Assembly: GCF_052144515.1 (NCBI RefSeq)
Contig: NZ_JBKQQD010000178.1
Location: 17,762 to 81,761, forward strand
DNA: 64,000 nucleotides
Direction of reading: 5' to 3'
Source of the DNA: Mycobacterium sp.
GTDB lineage: Bacteria > Actinomycetota > Actinomycetes > Mycobacteriales > Mycobacteriaceae
Below the pieces are notes generated by a model that saw only the letters and a list, made by a program, of their open reading frames with translations, did not search any database and was not told the DNA's origin. The position numbers were made by a program, and so were the translations under genes. The first letter of the stretch is position 1. Each line of letters begins with the position of its first letter. This document shows positions 40,832 to 50,147 of this stretch, piece by piece.

Positions 40832-41815
40832 TCACACCGGGAACTTGATCGGGGTCGCGTACACGTCGCGGTCGAGTTCATCGATCGACGGGGCATCAGC
40901 GCTCATGACCGTCTGCAAGGCGGATTCCACCGTCGCGAGCGCCTCGTTGTCGATGCGGTCGAGCTCGTCCTCGCCAATGCCGGCTTCGGTGAGGTGGCTG
41001 CGGAAGCGTGGCACCGGATCGGCCGCCATCGCCGCGGCCAGTTGATCCTTGGGTATGTAAAGCATCCGGTCACCAAAGTAGTGGCCGCGGAAGCGGAATG
41101 TCACGCACTCGATGAACGTCGGCCCGCCGCCGGAGCGCGCTCGCTGCAGCGCTTCGTCCAGCGCGGCTTTCACGGCCAGCGGGTCGTTGCCGTCGACGCG
41201 AACACCCGGCATGCCGTAGCCGGCGGCCCGTTCGGCGACGTGCTCGAGCTTCATCGTTTCCGAGGTCGGCGTCATCTCGGCGTAGAGGTTGTTCTGGCAC
41301 ACCAACACGAGTGGCAGATCCCACAGGGCGGCCATGTTGGCCGCCTCGTGGAAGGAGCCGGTGTTGGTGGCGCCGTCGCCGAAGCTGACCACCGTGACGC
41401 GGTCCAGCCCTTTGCGTTTGGCGGACATCGCCAGCCCCACCGCCACCGGCGGTCCGGCGCCGACGATCCCGGTCGAAAGCATCACTCCCTTATCGGGGTT
41501 GGCGATGTGCATGGTGCCGCCTTTGCCGCGGCTGGCGCCGACCGAGCGCCCCATCATCTCGCCGTAGATCTCCTCGAGCGGGACACCCTTGCCGATGAGA
41601 TCGTGCAGCCCGCGGTAGGTCGTCACCAGCTGGTCGTCGGGTCGCAACGAGACACCCATCGCGGCGGCGATCGCCTCCTGGCCACGCGACGGCCAGTAGA
41701 CGCACATGAACTCCCCGGTGCCGATGCCCTTGGACAGCCGGTCATCGGCCGCCTTCATCAGCACCATCAGCTCGTAGATCCGGCGCAGAGTTTCGTCGGA
41801 GTGATCCTCGCTCAC
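40832..41815 (-). CDS. Thiamine-dependent dehydrogenase E1 alpha subunit
   Basis: GQEA, GKGGTMH, TPP motif GDGATN...CQNN, RFRGH. Confidence 0.92.
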   Translation of the reverse strand: MSEDHSDETLRRIYELMVLMKAADDRLSKGIGTGEFMCVYWPSRGQEAIAAAMGVSLRPDDQLVTTYRGLHDLIGKGVPLEEIYGEMMGRSVGASRGKGGTMHIANPDKGVMLSTGIVGAGPPVAVGLAMSAKRKGLDRVTVVSFGDGATNTGSFHEAANMAALWDLPLVLVCQNNLYAEMTPTSETMKLEHVAERAAGYGMPGVRVDGNDPLAVKAALDEALQRARSGGGPTFIECVTFRFRGHYFGDRMLYIPKDQLAAAMAADPVPRFRSHLTEAGIGEDELDRIDNEALATVESALQTVMSADAPSIDELDRDVYATPIKFPV

Positions 41816-41864
41816 TGCGCCACTCCATTCCCGTTGCGGGGAAGCATGATTCGTTTCACTGCTG

Positions 41865-42728
41865 TCACGCGCCCGACCATGGCTTGACCTTGAGGAAACC
41901 GCCGGCGTCGACGCGCAGCTGCTGTCCGGTGATGTAGCGTGCCGCGTCGGAGGCGAGGAACAGCACGGCCTCGCTGATGTCCTCGGGTTCGACGTAGGGG
42001 ACCGGCATCGCCTGCACCAGCGGGAAGACCGGTTCGGCGTCCTCGCGGGTCGGGTTCTTCAGATCGGGCCGGAAGGCCCGGTACATCGGCGCACTGTGCA
42101 ACATGTCCGTGTTGACATTCGTCGGGTGCACCGCGTTCATCCTGATGCAGAAAGGCGCGAGTGCCCGGGCAAAATCGTTGACGTAATGCGCGGCAGCGAG
42201 TTTCGCGAATGCGTATCCGGCTCCGCCGGGACCGCCGTCGATGCCGGTGGTGTTCATCGACGACATGAATGCAGCGTTGGAGCCCGTCACGATGATCGAT
42301 GCACCCGCTTGCAGGTGTTTGAGGCTCGCGTGCACGAGATTGAGCACGCCGACCAGGTCGACGTCGACAGCGTCGGCAAAGGCCTTGGGTGGCAATCCCG
42401 CGGTGAGCGGACAGATGCCCGCGTTGGCGATCACGATGTCCAGATGCCCGAATTCGGCGACGCCCTCGTCGATGGCGGTCGACAGCGCCGCGCGGTCCCG
42501 GACGTCGGCGATCGCGGTGAACGCGCGCTGCCCTTCCTTCTCTACCAGTCGCGCGGTCTCGTCGAGATCCTCCGGCCGGGCCAGGGGGTACTCGTTGGTG
42601 TCGATGTCCTCGCACAGATCCACCGCGATGATGTCGGCTCCCTCGGCCGCGAGCAGTCGCGCGTGCGAACGCCCCTGACCGCGCGCGGCTCCGCTGATCA
42701 CGGCCACCTTGCCCGTCACCCTGCCCAT
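41865..42728 (-). CDS. Mycofactocin-coupled SDR oxidoreductase
   Basis: GKVAVISGAARGQGRSHARLLAAEGADIIAVDLC, YAFAK, HPTNVNT. Confidence 0.88.
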   Translation of the reverse strand: MGRVTGKVAVISGAARGQGRSHARLLAAEGADIIAVDLCEDIDTNEYPLARPEDLDETARLVEKEGQRAFTAIADVRDRAALSTAIDEGVAEFGHLDIVIANAGICPLTAGLPPKAFADAVDVDLVGVLNLVHASLKHLQAGASIIVTGSNAAFMSSMNTTGIDGGPGGAGYAFAKLAAAHYVNDFARALAPFCIRMNAVHPTNVNTDMLHSAPMYRAFRPDLKNPTREDAEPVFPLVQAMPVPYVEPEDISEAVLFLASDAARYITGQQLRVDAGGFLKVKPWSGA

Positions 42729-43029
42729 AGCCCGTCCTTTGTGCCAGTGCCTATAATTCGCCTTTTCGGCTCGACCCCGTTCGGGGTCCAAAGCCGTTCG
42801 CTGCCAAAGCGTCTGGGGCGGTCGGGAAGCCGGGACGAGTCGGCCGGCGCGGGGTCGCGCCACGCGCGCACCGCATGGATCGGGATCGGACCAATGGTCG
42901 GCTCCATCGCATCTCTTCCACGAAATACTGCCACGCGCAAACTGGGCGCAGCTGCAGCCGGGCTAACAGTATTCCCTACAGTAACTAGAATATCTAAAAT
43001 AGCAAGAAAGCCCGCGACCGAAGGGTGGC

Positions 43030-44262
43030 ATGGAAATGGTTGGGTCAGGCGTGCTCAGCGGTGTCCGGGTCATCGAACTGGCGTCGTGGACCTACGTGCC
43101 GTCGGCGGGTGCCGCTCTGTCGGACTGGGGCGCCGACGTCATCAAGGTCGAAGGCGTCGCCTCGGGTGATCCGGGGCGGGCCTTGGTCGTCGGCGGTTTC
43201 ACCCGCGAAGCCGCCCGCGTTGACGCCGACTTCATCCTCGAATTGGGCAACCGCGGAAAGCGCAGTATCGCGATCGACATCAAAACCGAGACCGGCAGGG
43301 AGTTGTTCGGCCGTCTGTTGGCCACTGCGGATGTCTTCCTGACCAATTGGCTGCCCGGGGCGCTGGAGCGGGCCCGGCTCACCGTCGAGGACATCCGCGC
43401 GTTCAACCCGAAGATCATCATCGCGCGCGGCACCGGCCTCGGGGTGCGCGGCCCGGACCGCAATCACGGTGGCTTCGACGCCGCCACCTACCTGGCGCGT
43501 GGCGGGGTCGCGTACACCCTCACCCCGTTCGGGACCGAAACGCCCGCCGTCCAGGGCCCGGGGTTCGGCGACCTACAAGGCGGAGCGACGCTGGCCGGCG
43601 GCGTGTGCGCCGCGTTGTTCCACCGGGAACGGACCGGCGAGCCGACCATCGTCGACTCCTCACTGCTGGCGCAGGCGATGTGGGCCATCGCGCCGTCGAT
43701 TTCGGCCGCCGACTTTTTCAACATCGACGGCATTCCCGGCGCACCGCCCGGCTTGGCCATTAATCCACTGGTGAACCGGTACAAGACCAAAGACGGCAGA
43801 TGGATTCAGCTGGTCTTTCTGCAGCCCGACAAATTCTGGGCCGGCTTCTGTGAGCGCATGGGTCTGGGGGAGTTGGCCACCGACGAGCGATTTGTGCCGT
43901 CCAGCAACCTAATAGCCAACGCGGCCGAAGCGACCGCAATTTTCGCGACCGCTTTTGCCAGCCGCGACCTCGCCCATTGGCAGAAGGCGCTCGAAGACGA
44001 ACCGGGTGTGTGGGCCGCGCTCGCGACGCCGCGAGAAACGCTCAATGACCCGCAGGTCGAACCCAACGGCTATGTGGTGACAAATGTCGACGACGATGGC
44101 GAGAAATACCGGATTGTCGCGGCGCCGGTGCAATTCAACGAAACCCCGCCGGCCCCCGCGCGTGCCCCTGAGCATGGGCAGCACACCGAGGAGATTCTGC
44201 TGGAGCTCGGCATGGACTGGGACGACATCGCCAAGGCAAAGGATCTCAAAGCCATACTGTGA
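43030..44262 (+). CDS. Family III CoA-transferase (CaiB/BaiF)
   Basis: LSGVRVIEL, DWGADVIKVE, NRGKRS, GFGDLQGG, APEHGQHTEEIL. Confidence 0.92.
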   Translation: MEMVGSGVLSGVRVIELASWTYVPSAGAALSDWGADVIKVEGVASGDPGRALVVGGFTREAARVDADFILELGNRGKRSIAIDIKTETGRELFGRLLATADVFLTNWLPGALERARLTVEDIRAFNPKIIIARGTGLGVRGPDRNHGGFDAATYLARGGVAYTLTPFGTETPAVQGPGFGDLQGGATLAGGVCAALFHRERTGEPTIVDSSLLAQAMWAIAPSISAADFFNIDGIPGAPPGLAINPLVNRYKTKDGRWIQLVFLQPDKFWAGFCERMGLGELATDERFVPSSNLIANAAEATAIFATAFASRDLAHWQKALEDEPGVWAALATPRETLNDPQVEPNGYVVTNVDDDGEKYRIVAAPVQFNETPPAPARAPEHGQHTEEILLELGMDWDDIAKAKDLKAIL

Positions 44263-44427
44263 GGCCGTTTGCGAATTTGCTGGCGATATAGCTGAAACGT
44301 TCCCGGGTCGCAGGGCGAAACGCAGGGTAGGAGTAGCGGAAATGCGGAGTGCGCTGGCCCGATAGCGATACCCTTTGCCGAGGATTCAATGGCGACCGGG
44401 TGCCCGCCGGGTTTCCTTGAAACAGCG

Positions 44428-44800
44428 GGGGTCCGGCGGCTCGGGCGCGGCGGCGACTGCCACGGTCACTGGAGCCGGCACTGGTGGCGCCGGCGGCAAC
44501 GGTGCCCCTCCTGTTCGGCAACGGCGGCGCCGGCGGGGCAGGCGGCCAGAACGCGGCGGCGACTGGGGCCGGCAATGGTGGCGCCGGCGGGGCCGGCGGG
44601 TGGCTTTCGGCAACGGTGGCGCCGGGGCGGATGGCGGTGCCGGATCGACGGGCGGAGCCGGCGGCGCGGGTAACGGTGGCAACGCCCGGTTGATCGGCAA
44701 CGGCGGTGACGGCGGCAACGGTGTCGTCGGCGCTCAGGGCGGCAAAGGCGGCACCGGCGGGCTGTTGTTCGGCCAGTACGGGACTAACGGGACGCCGTAG
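44428..44800 (+). pseudogene. PE_PGRS 3' remnant (PE domain absent, frameshifts)
   Basis: GGAGGNG/LLFGNGGAGG/LIGNGGDGG repeats in shifting frames, ending GLLFGQYGTNGTP*. Confidence 0.82.
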
Positions 44801-44893
44801 CCGGAGTGCCCGGCGGTACGACAATGCCGGCACGGCCAACGGCGAACGGTGTCAACCCGGCCTACACGGCGGGATGTTCAGTAGGGTAACGGC

Positions 44894-46138
44894 GTGCACG
44901 AGGTGACCGATCACGGGCGACGATCGGACACGCCGGCGGGACTGGACGCGCAAAGCCGGCTGCGCCGCTACGAGGAGGCCTTCGCCGACCACGATGCGCC
45001 GTTCGCGTTCGTGGACCTCGACGCGATGTGGGGCAATGCCGAGCAAATGCTCGCACGCGCGGGCGACAAGCCGATCCGGGTGGCGTCGAAGTCGTTGCGC
45101 TGTCGGCCGCTGCAGCGCGAAATCCTCGATGCCAGTGAGCGTTTCGACGGGCTGATGACGTTCACCCTGCGCGAGACGCTCTGGCTCGCGGGGCTCGGTT
45201 TCTCCAACCTGTTGCTCGCCTACCCGACGACCGACCGCGCGGCGATGCGCGAGCTCGGCGAGATAACCGCCGAGGACCCCGACGGCGCGCCGATCGTGAT
45301 GGTCGACAGTGTCGAGCACCTCGACCTGATCGAGAATGCGACCGGCAAGCCGGTGCGCGTGTGTCTGGACCTTGATGCTGGCTACTGGCGTGCCGGGGGG
45401 CGAGTGAAGATCGGCCCCAAGCGCTCGCCGTTGCACACGCCGGAACAGGCGCGCGCGCTAGCGGTGGAGATAGCCCGACGGCCGACGCTCCAACTCGTCG
45501 CGCTGATGTCCTACGAGGGTCACATCGCGGGCTTCGGCGACAACGTGGCCGGCAAGCGCATCCAAAACGCCGTCGTCGCGTGGATGCAGCGCCAGTCGAT
45601 CGCGGAGTTGCGCGAGCGCCGCGCCCGCGCTGTTGAACTCGTGCGCGAGGTCGCCGACCTCAAGATCGTCAACGCCGGCGGCACCGGCGACCTACAGCTG
45701 GTCGCACCGGAGCCGGCGATCACCGAGGCGACCGCGGGCTCTGGGTTCTACGCGCCGACGCTGTTCGACTCGTATTCGACCTTCACATTGCAGCCGGCGG
45801 CGATGTTCGCACTACCGATATCTCGCCGCCCCGACGCAAAGACCGCAACCGCGCTCGGGGGCGGGTACCTGGCAAGCGGAGTCGGTGCGAAGGACCGCAT
45901 GCCGACGCCCTACCTGCCGACCGGGCTGAAGCTCGACCCGATGGAGGGCACCGGCGAGGTCCAGACCCCGCTGAATGGCGACGCAGCCCGAAGGCTGAAG
46001 GTTGGCGACAAGGTCTATTTCCGCCACACGAAGGCCGGCGAATTGTGTGAGCGTTTCGACTGCCTACATCTGGTGCATGGCGCGCAGATCGTCGACACCG
46101 TCCCGACGTATCGGGGTGAGGGGCGCACATTCCTCTGA
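44894..46138 (+). CDS. PLP-dependent alanine-racemase-fold amino acid deaminase/aldolase (Rv1769-like)
   Basis: IRVASKS PLP lysine, YEGHIAG, NAGGTG, FRHTKAGE, PTYRGEG. Confidence 0.85.
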   Translation: MHEVTDHGRRSDTPAGLDAQSRLRRYEEAFADHDAPFAFVDLDAMWGNAEQMLARAGDKPIRVASKSLRCRPLQREILDASERFDGLMTFTLRETLWLAGLGFSNLLLAYPTTDRAAMRELGEITAEDPDGAPIVMVDSVEHLDLIENATGKPVRVCLDLDAGYWRAGGRVKIGPKRSPLHTPEQARALAVEIARRPTLQLVALMSYEGHIAGFGDNVAGKRIQNAVVAWMQRQSIAELRERRARAVELVREVADLKIVNAGGTGDLQLVAPEPAITEATAGSGFYAPTLFDSYSTFTLQPAAMFALPISRRPDAKTATALGGGYLASGVGAKDRMPTPYLPTGLKLDPMEGTGEVQTPLNGDAARRLKVGDKVYFRHTKAGELCERFDCLHLVHGAQIVDTVPTYRGEGRTFL

Positions 46139-46186
46139 TTGGTGAAAGGCCGCGCAAGTTCAACGCGCGCGCGAAAAGGAGCTGCC

Positions 46187-47392
46187 ATGACCGCGATCAC
46201 CGCATTGCCGACCGAGCTGGACACAATGCGCGAGGTTGTCGAGACGCTCGCGCCAATCGAGCGCGCCGCCGGCGCGCCGGGCGAGCAGGAGGCGGCCAGG
46301 TGGATCGTCGAACGCCTGGGTGGAGCGGGCGCGCAGAACGCGCGGATCGAGGAGGAGCAGTACTTCGACGGCTACCCGCGGCTACACGTCAAACTGTCGG
46401 CGATCGGGGTGGCCGCCGGCCTCGCGGGCCTGATCAGCCGTCGCTTGCGGGTCCCCGCCGCACTGGCGGGGTTGGGTGCCGGACTGGCGATCGCGGACGA
46501 CTGCTCGAACGGGCCGCGCGTTGCGCGCAGAGCGACGGAAAAGTCCCGGACGACATCGAACGCCGTGGCTGAGGCGGGTGATCCCGCGGGCGAGCTGACG
46601 GTCGTCGTGTGCGCCCATCACGATGCCGCGCATACCGGCAAGTTCTTCAACCCCGCCCTTCAGCAATTTGTCGTCCAGCGATTTCCCGGGATCGTCGAGC
46701 GCATAGACACCTCGCCGCCTAACTGGTGGCCACCGATCCTCGCGCCCGCGCTGGCCGGCGTCGGCGCGCTGCGCGGCAGCCGCAAGATGATGATCGCGGG
46801 GGCCGCAATGAGCGCGATCGCGGCCGCCGCCTTCGCCGACATTGCCCGCAGCCCGGTCGTCCCCGGGGCCAACGACAACCTGTCTGCCGTCGCGCTGCTC
46901 GTCGCATTGGCCGAGCGGCTGCGCGAACGGCCGGTGAAAGGCGTGCGGGTGCTGCTGGTGTCGCTGGGCGCCGAGGAAACACTGCAGGGTGGCATCTACG
47001 GATTCATGGAGCGCCGCAAGCGCGAGCTCGACCGTGACCGCACGTATTTTTTGAATTTCGACACAATCGGCTCGCCCGACCTGATCATGCTCGAGGGCGA
47101 GGGCACGACGGTGATGGAGGACTACTTCCACCGTCCGTTCCGCGATCTGGTCGCACGGGCCGCCGAGCGCGCCGACGCGCCGCTGCGCCGAGGCCTGCGC
47201 TCGCGCAACAGCACCGACGCGGTGCTCATGAGCCGCGCGGGCTACCCAACCGCATGCTTCTCCTCGATCGACCGCCACAAGACGCTGTCGAACTACCACC
47301 TGATGTCGGACACTCCCGAGAACCTGGACTACCGGACAGTGATGCACGCGGTCAGCGTCGCCGAATCCGTAGTGCGGGAGTTGGTGCGGTGA
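46187..47392 (+). CDS. M28 family peptidase (Rv1770-like)
   Basis: AHHD, GANDNLS, GAEE, NFDTIG, YHLMSD. Confidence 0.85.
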   Translation: MTAITALPTELDTMREVVETLAPIERAAGAPGEQEAARWIVERLGGAGAQNARIEEEQYFDGYPRLHVKLSAIGVAAGLAGLISRRLRVPAALAGLGAGLAIADDCSNGPRVARRATEKSRTTSNAVAEAGDPAGELTVVVCAHHDAAHTGKFFNPALQQFVVQRFPGIVERIDTSPPNWWPPILAPALAGVGALRGSRKMMIAGAAMSAIAAAAFADIARSPVVPGANDNLSAVALLVALAERLRERPVKGVRVLLVSLGAEETLQGGIYGFMERRKRELDRDRTYFLNFDTIGSPDLIMLEGEGTTVMEDYFHRPFRDLVARAAERADAPLRRGLRSRNSTDAVLMSRAGYPTACFSSIDRHKTLSNYHLMSDTPENLDYRTVMHAVSVAESVVRELVR

Positions 47393-48684
47393 GCCCGCGA
47401 TGGGGCAACTGGGCCCGCGAGCAGTTCTGCGCACCATCGGCGATCGTGCTGCCGACCTCGGAGGCCGAGCTGGTCGAGGTGGTGGCGCGCAGCGCGCAGT
47501 GCGGCGAGCGCGTGCGAGCCGTCGGCACCGGACACTCGTTCACCGACTGTGCATGCACGGACGGAGTGATGATCGACATGACCGGCCTGCAGCGGGTCAT
47601 CAGCGCCGATCCGGCGAGCGGGCTGGTGACGATCGAGGGTTGCGCCAAGCTGCACACGCTCGGTTCGCAATTGGCCCAGCGCGGCCTCGGGCTAGAAAAC
47701 CAGGGCGACATCGATGCGCAGTCGATCACCGGCGCCACCGCGACCGCGACACACGGAACGGGGGCGCGGTTTCCGAATCTGTCGGCGCGGATCGTCTCAC
47801 TGCGGCTCATCACCGCCGCCGGTGACGTGCTAACTCTGTCGGAAGGTTCGAAAGGTGACGACTACCTCGCCGCGCGAGTGTCGCTGGGTGCGCTAGGGGT
47901 GATCTCCCAGGTCACCGTCCAGGCCGTGCCGCTGTACACGTTGAACCGCCGCGACGAACGACGTGCACTGACCGAGACGCTGGAACGCCTCGACGAATAT
48001 GTCGATGGCAACGACCATTTCGAGTTTTTCGTATTTCCCTACGGGGACACGGCTTTGACGCGCACCACTCGCCGCAGCGATGAGGAGCCCACACCGACGC
48101 CGACGTGGAAACGCAGGCTCAGCGAGGACTTTGAAAACGCTGGCCTGAGCCTGATCTGCCAGACCGGCCGGCGCTTGCCGGGTGCGGCCCCCAGACTCAA
48201 CCGTCTGATGACAAGCCTGATGTCAGAAGCCACAGTCACCGACCGCGCCTACAAGGTGTACGCGACCGAGCGCAAGGTCAGGTTCACCGAGATGGAGTAC
48301 GCGATCCCGCGCGAGCATGCCCGCGCAGCAATCCAGCGCGTCATCGACCTCGTGCACCGTCGCAAACTGCCCATCATGTTCCCGCTCGAGGTGCGTTTCG
48401 CAGCCCCCGACGACGCGTTCCTGTCGACAGCGCACGGGCGCAACACCTGCTACATCGCCGTGCACCAATACACCGGGATGGAATTCGAGACCTACTTCCG
48501 TGCCGTCGAGGCGATCATGGACGAGTATGCGGGCCGCCCACACTGGGGCAAGCGCCACTATCAGACCGCCGGCACGCTCCGCGAACGTTATCCCGGATGG
48601 GACCGCTTCGCCGCCGTCCGCGACCGCCTCGACCCCGACCGCGTCTTTCTCAACGACTACACCCGGCGCGTGCTGGGCAACTGA
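47389..48684 (+). CDS. FAD-linked sugar-lactone oxidase (L-gulono-1,4-lactone dehydrogenase, Rv1771-like)
   Basis: VRAVGTGHSF covalent-FAD His, EMEYA, GRPHWGK. Confidence 0.88.
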   Translation: MSPRWGNWAREQFCAPSAIVLPTSEAELVEVVARSAQCGERVRAVGTGHSFTDCACTDGVMIDMTGLQRVISADPASGLVTIEGCAKLHTLGSQLAQRGLGLENQGDIDAQSITGATATATHGTGARFPNLSARIVSLRLITAAGDVLTLSEGSKGDDYLAARVSLGALGVISQVTVQAVPLYTLNRRDERRALTETLERLDEYVDGNDHFEFFVFPYGDTALTRTTRRSDEEPTPTPTWKRRLSEDFENAGLSLICQTGRRLPGAAPRLNRLMTSLMSEATVTDRAYKVYATERKVRFTEMEYAIPREHARAAIQRVIDLVHRRKLPIMFPLEVRFAAPDDAFLSTAHGRNTCYIAVHQYTGMEFETYFRAVEAIMDEYAGRPHWGKRHYQTAGTLRERYPGWDRFAAVRDRLDPDRVFLNDYTRRVLGN

Positions 48685-48721
48685 TGACAAATGGCCCGAT
48701 GTCTGGGGACCAAAGTCATTG
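48681..48721. promoter_or_regulatory. Tandem DosR(DevR)-like boxes upstream of WS/DGAT
   Basis: CTGATGACAAATGGCCCGAT and CTGGGGACCAAAGTCATTG versus consensus GGGACnnnnGnCCC. Confidence 0.6.
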
Positions 48722-48782
48722 TGTGCCAATAATCTGCTGACCTCGGCCACTTTCAGTCCTAGGTTTGTGGCTAGGAGCACAT

Positions 48783-50147
48783 ATGACTGAATTCATGCGC
48801 AACAGCGACGCCTTTACCTGGGCGATGGAAAGCGATCCGCGGCTGCGATCGACCGTGGTCAGCGTCGTGCTGCTGGATCGATCCCCGGACTGGGACGAGG
48901 TGCGCGAACGATTCGACCTGATAACCCGGAAAGTGCCTATGTTTCGGCAGCGGGTGGTGGCGTCGCCGCCGCCGGCCCCGCCCCGGTGGGAGTATGACTC
49001 GGACTTCGACCTGGACTACCACATGCGGCGAGCGGCCGCCCCCGGGTCCGGCACGCTCGACGATGTGCTCGAGATGGCCCGAGTGGCCGAGATGCAGGGT
49101 TTCGACCGGGCCCGGGCGCTCTGGGAGACGACGCTCGTCGAGGGCCTGGAGAACGGTGGCGCGGCCCTGATCTGCAAGTTCCACCATGCCCTTACCGATG
49201 GAATCGGCGGCGTCCAGATCGCGATGAACCTGTTCAACCTTCCCGAAGAGCCCTATCAGCGTGAGCCTTTGCCGCCCGAGCCAGACGTATCGAGGCCGTC
49301 GTGGCTTAGCGGGTACCGGGACACCTGGCGCTACGACACCGGCCTGCTCGGGAACGCCTTGGCGGGCGCGGTCAAGGCGGCACCGCGACTGGTGTACGAC
49401 GGCGTTCGGCGGCCTGTTGCCACGGTCCGATCGGCAGCGGCCATCGCGGCGTCGGTCTACCGGACGGTTCGGCCGATAAGTCGGACCGGGTCTTCGCTGG
49501 TAACCGAGCGCGGCCTGATCCGGCGTCTCGGGGTGCACGAGGTGCCGATGCCGCTACTGCGGGAGGCGGCGCACCGCTGTGGTGGGGCGCTGAACGACGC
49601 GTTTGTCGCCGGGGTGGCCGGTGGGTTACGCCGATACCACGAGAAACACGGCGTCGCGGTCGGCGACCTGCACCTCACGATGCCGATCAGCTTGCGGACA
49701 AAGGCCGATGACATGGGCGGAAACCGGATCACGCTGATGCGGTTCGACGTGCCGGTGGGCGAGGCCGACCCGGCGGCACGAATCAAGGCGATACACCAGC
49801 GCGCCGGCGCGGTGCGCGATGAGAGATCCCTGCCGTACACGCAGTTGATTGCCGGCGCTCTCAACCTGATGCCGCGCTGGTTCATCGGTTCGGTGCTGCG
49901 CCACGTCGATTTCCTGGCCAGCGACGTGCCGGGTGTGCCCGTGCCGGTCTTCCTGGGCGGCGCCGCGGTGCGCGCGCAGTATGCGTTCGGCCCGACGATC
50001 GGTGCGGCTGTCAATGTCACACTGCTCACCTATGTCGATACTTGCGCCCTGGGCATTGACGTCGACACCGTTGCGATCCCCGACTACGACGTCTTCTATG
50101 AATCCCTCGTCGCCGGCTTCGACGAAGTATTAGCGCTCGCGGGCTAA
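48783..50147 (+). CDS. Wax ester synthase/diacylglycerol acyltransferase (Tgs family)
   Basis: FDLDYH, RALWE, HHALTDG (HHxxxDG), SDVPG. Confidence 0.92.
   Translation: MTEFMRNSDAFTWAMESDPRLRSTVVSVVLLDRSPDWDEVRERFDLITRKVPMFRQRVVASPPPAPPRWEYDSDFDLDYHMRRAAAPGSGTLDDVLEMARVAEMQGFDRARALWETTLVEGLENGGAALICKFHHALTDGIGGVQIAMNLFNLPEEPYQREPLPPEPDVSRPSWLSGYRDTWRYDTGLLGNALAGAVKAAPRLVYDGVRRPVATVRSAAAIAASVYRTVRPISRTGSSLVTERGLIRRLGVHEVPMPLLREAAHRCGGALNDAFVAGVAGGLRRYHEKHGVAVGDLHLTMPISLRTKADDMGGNRITLMRFDVPVGEADPAARIKAIHQRAGAVRDERSLPYTQLIAGALNLMPRWFIGSVLRHVDFLASDVPGVPVPVFLGGAAVRAQYAFGPTIGAAVNVTLLTYVDTCALGIDVDTVAIPDYDVFYESLVAGFDEVLALAG

Noticed and set aside
42716-42940. 74-aa ORF in the cluster II intergenic region
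   Set aside because: No motif or clear RBS; overlaps the probable promoter and leader
44428-44800. GGCGGC-rich repeats as CRISPR or VNTR
   Set aside because: They are Gly-Gly-X codons of PGRS with no repeat-spacer structure
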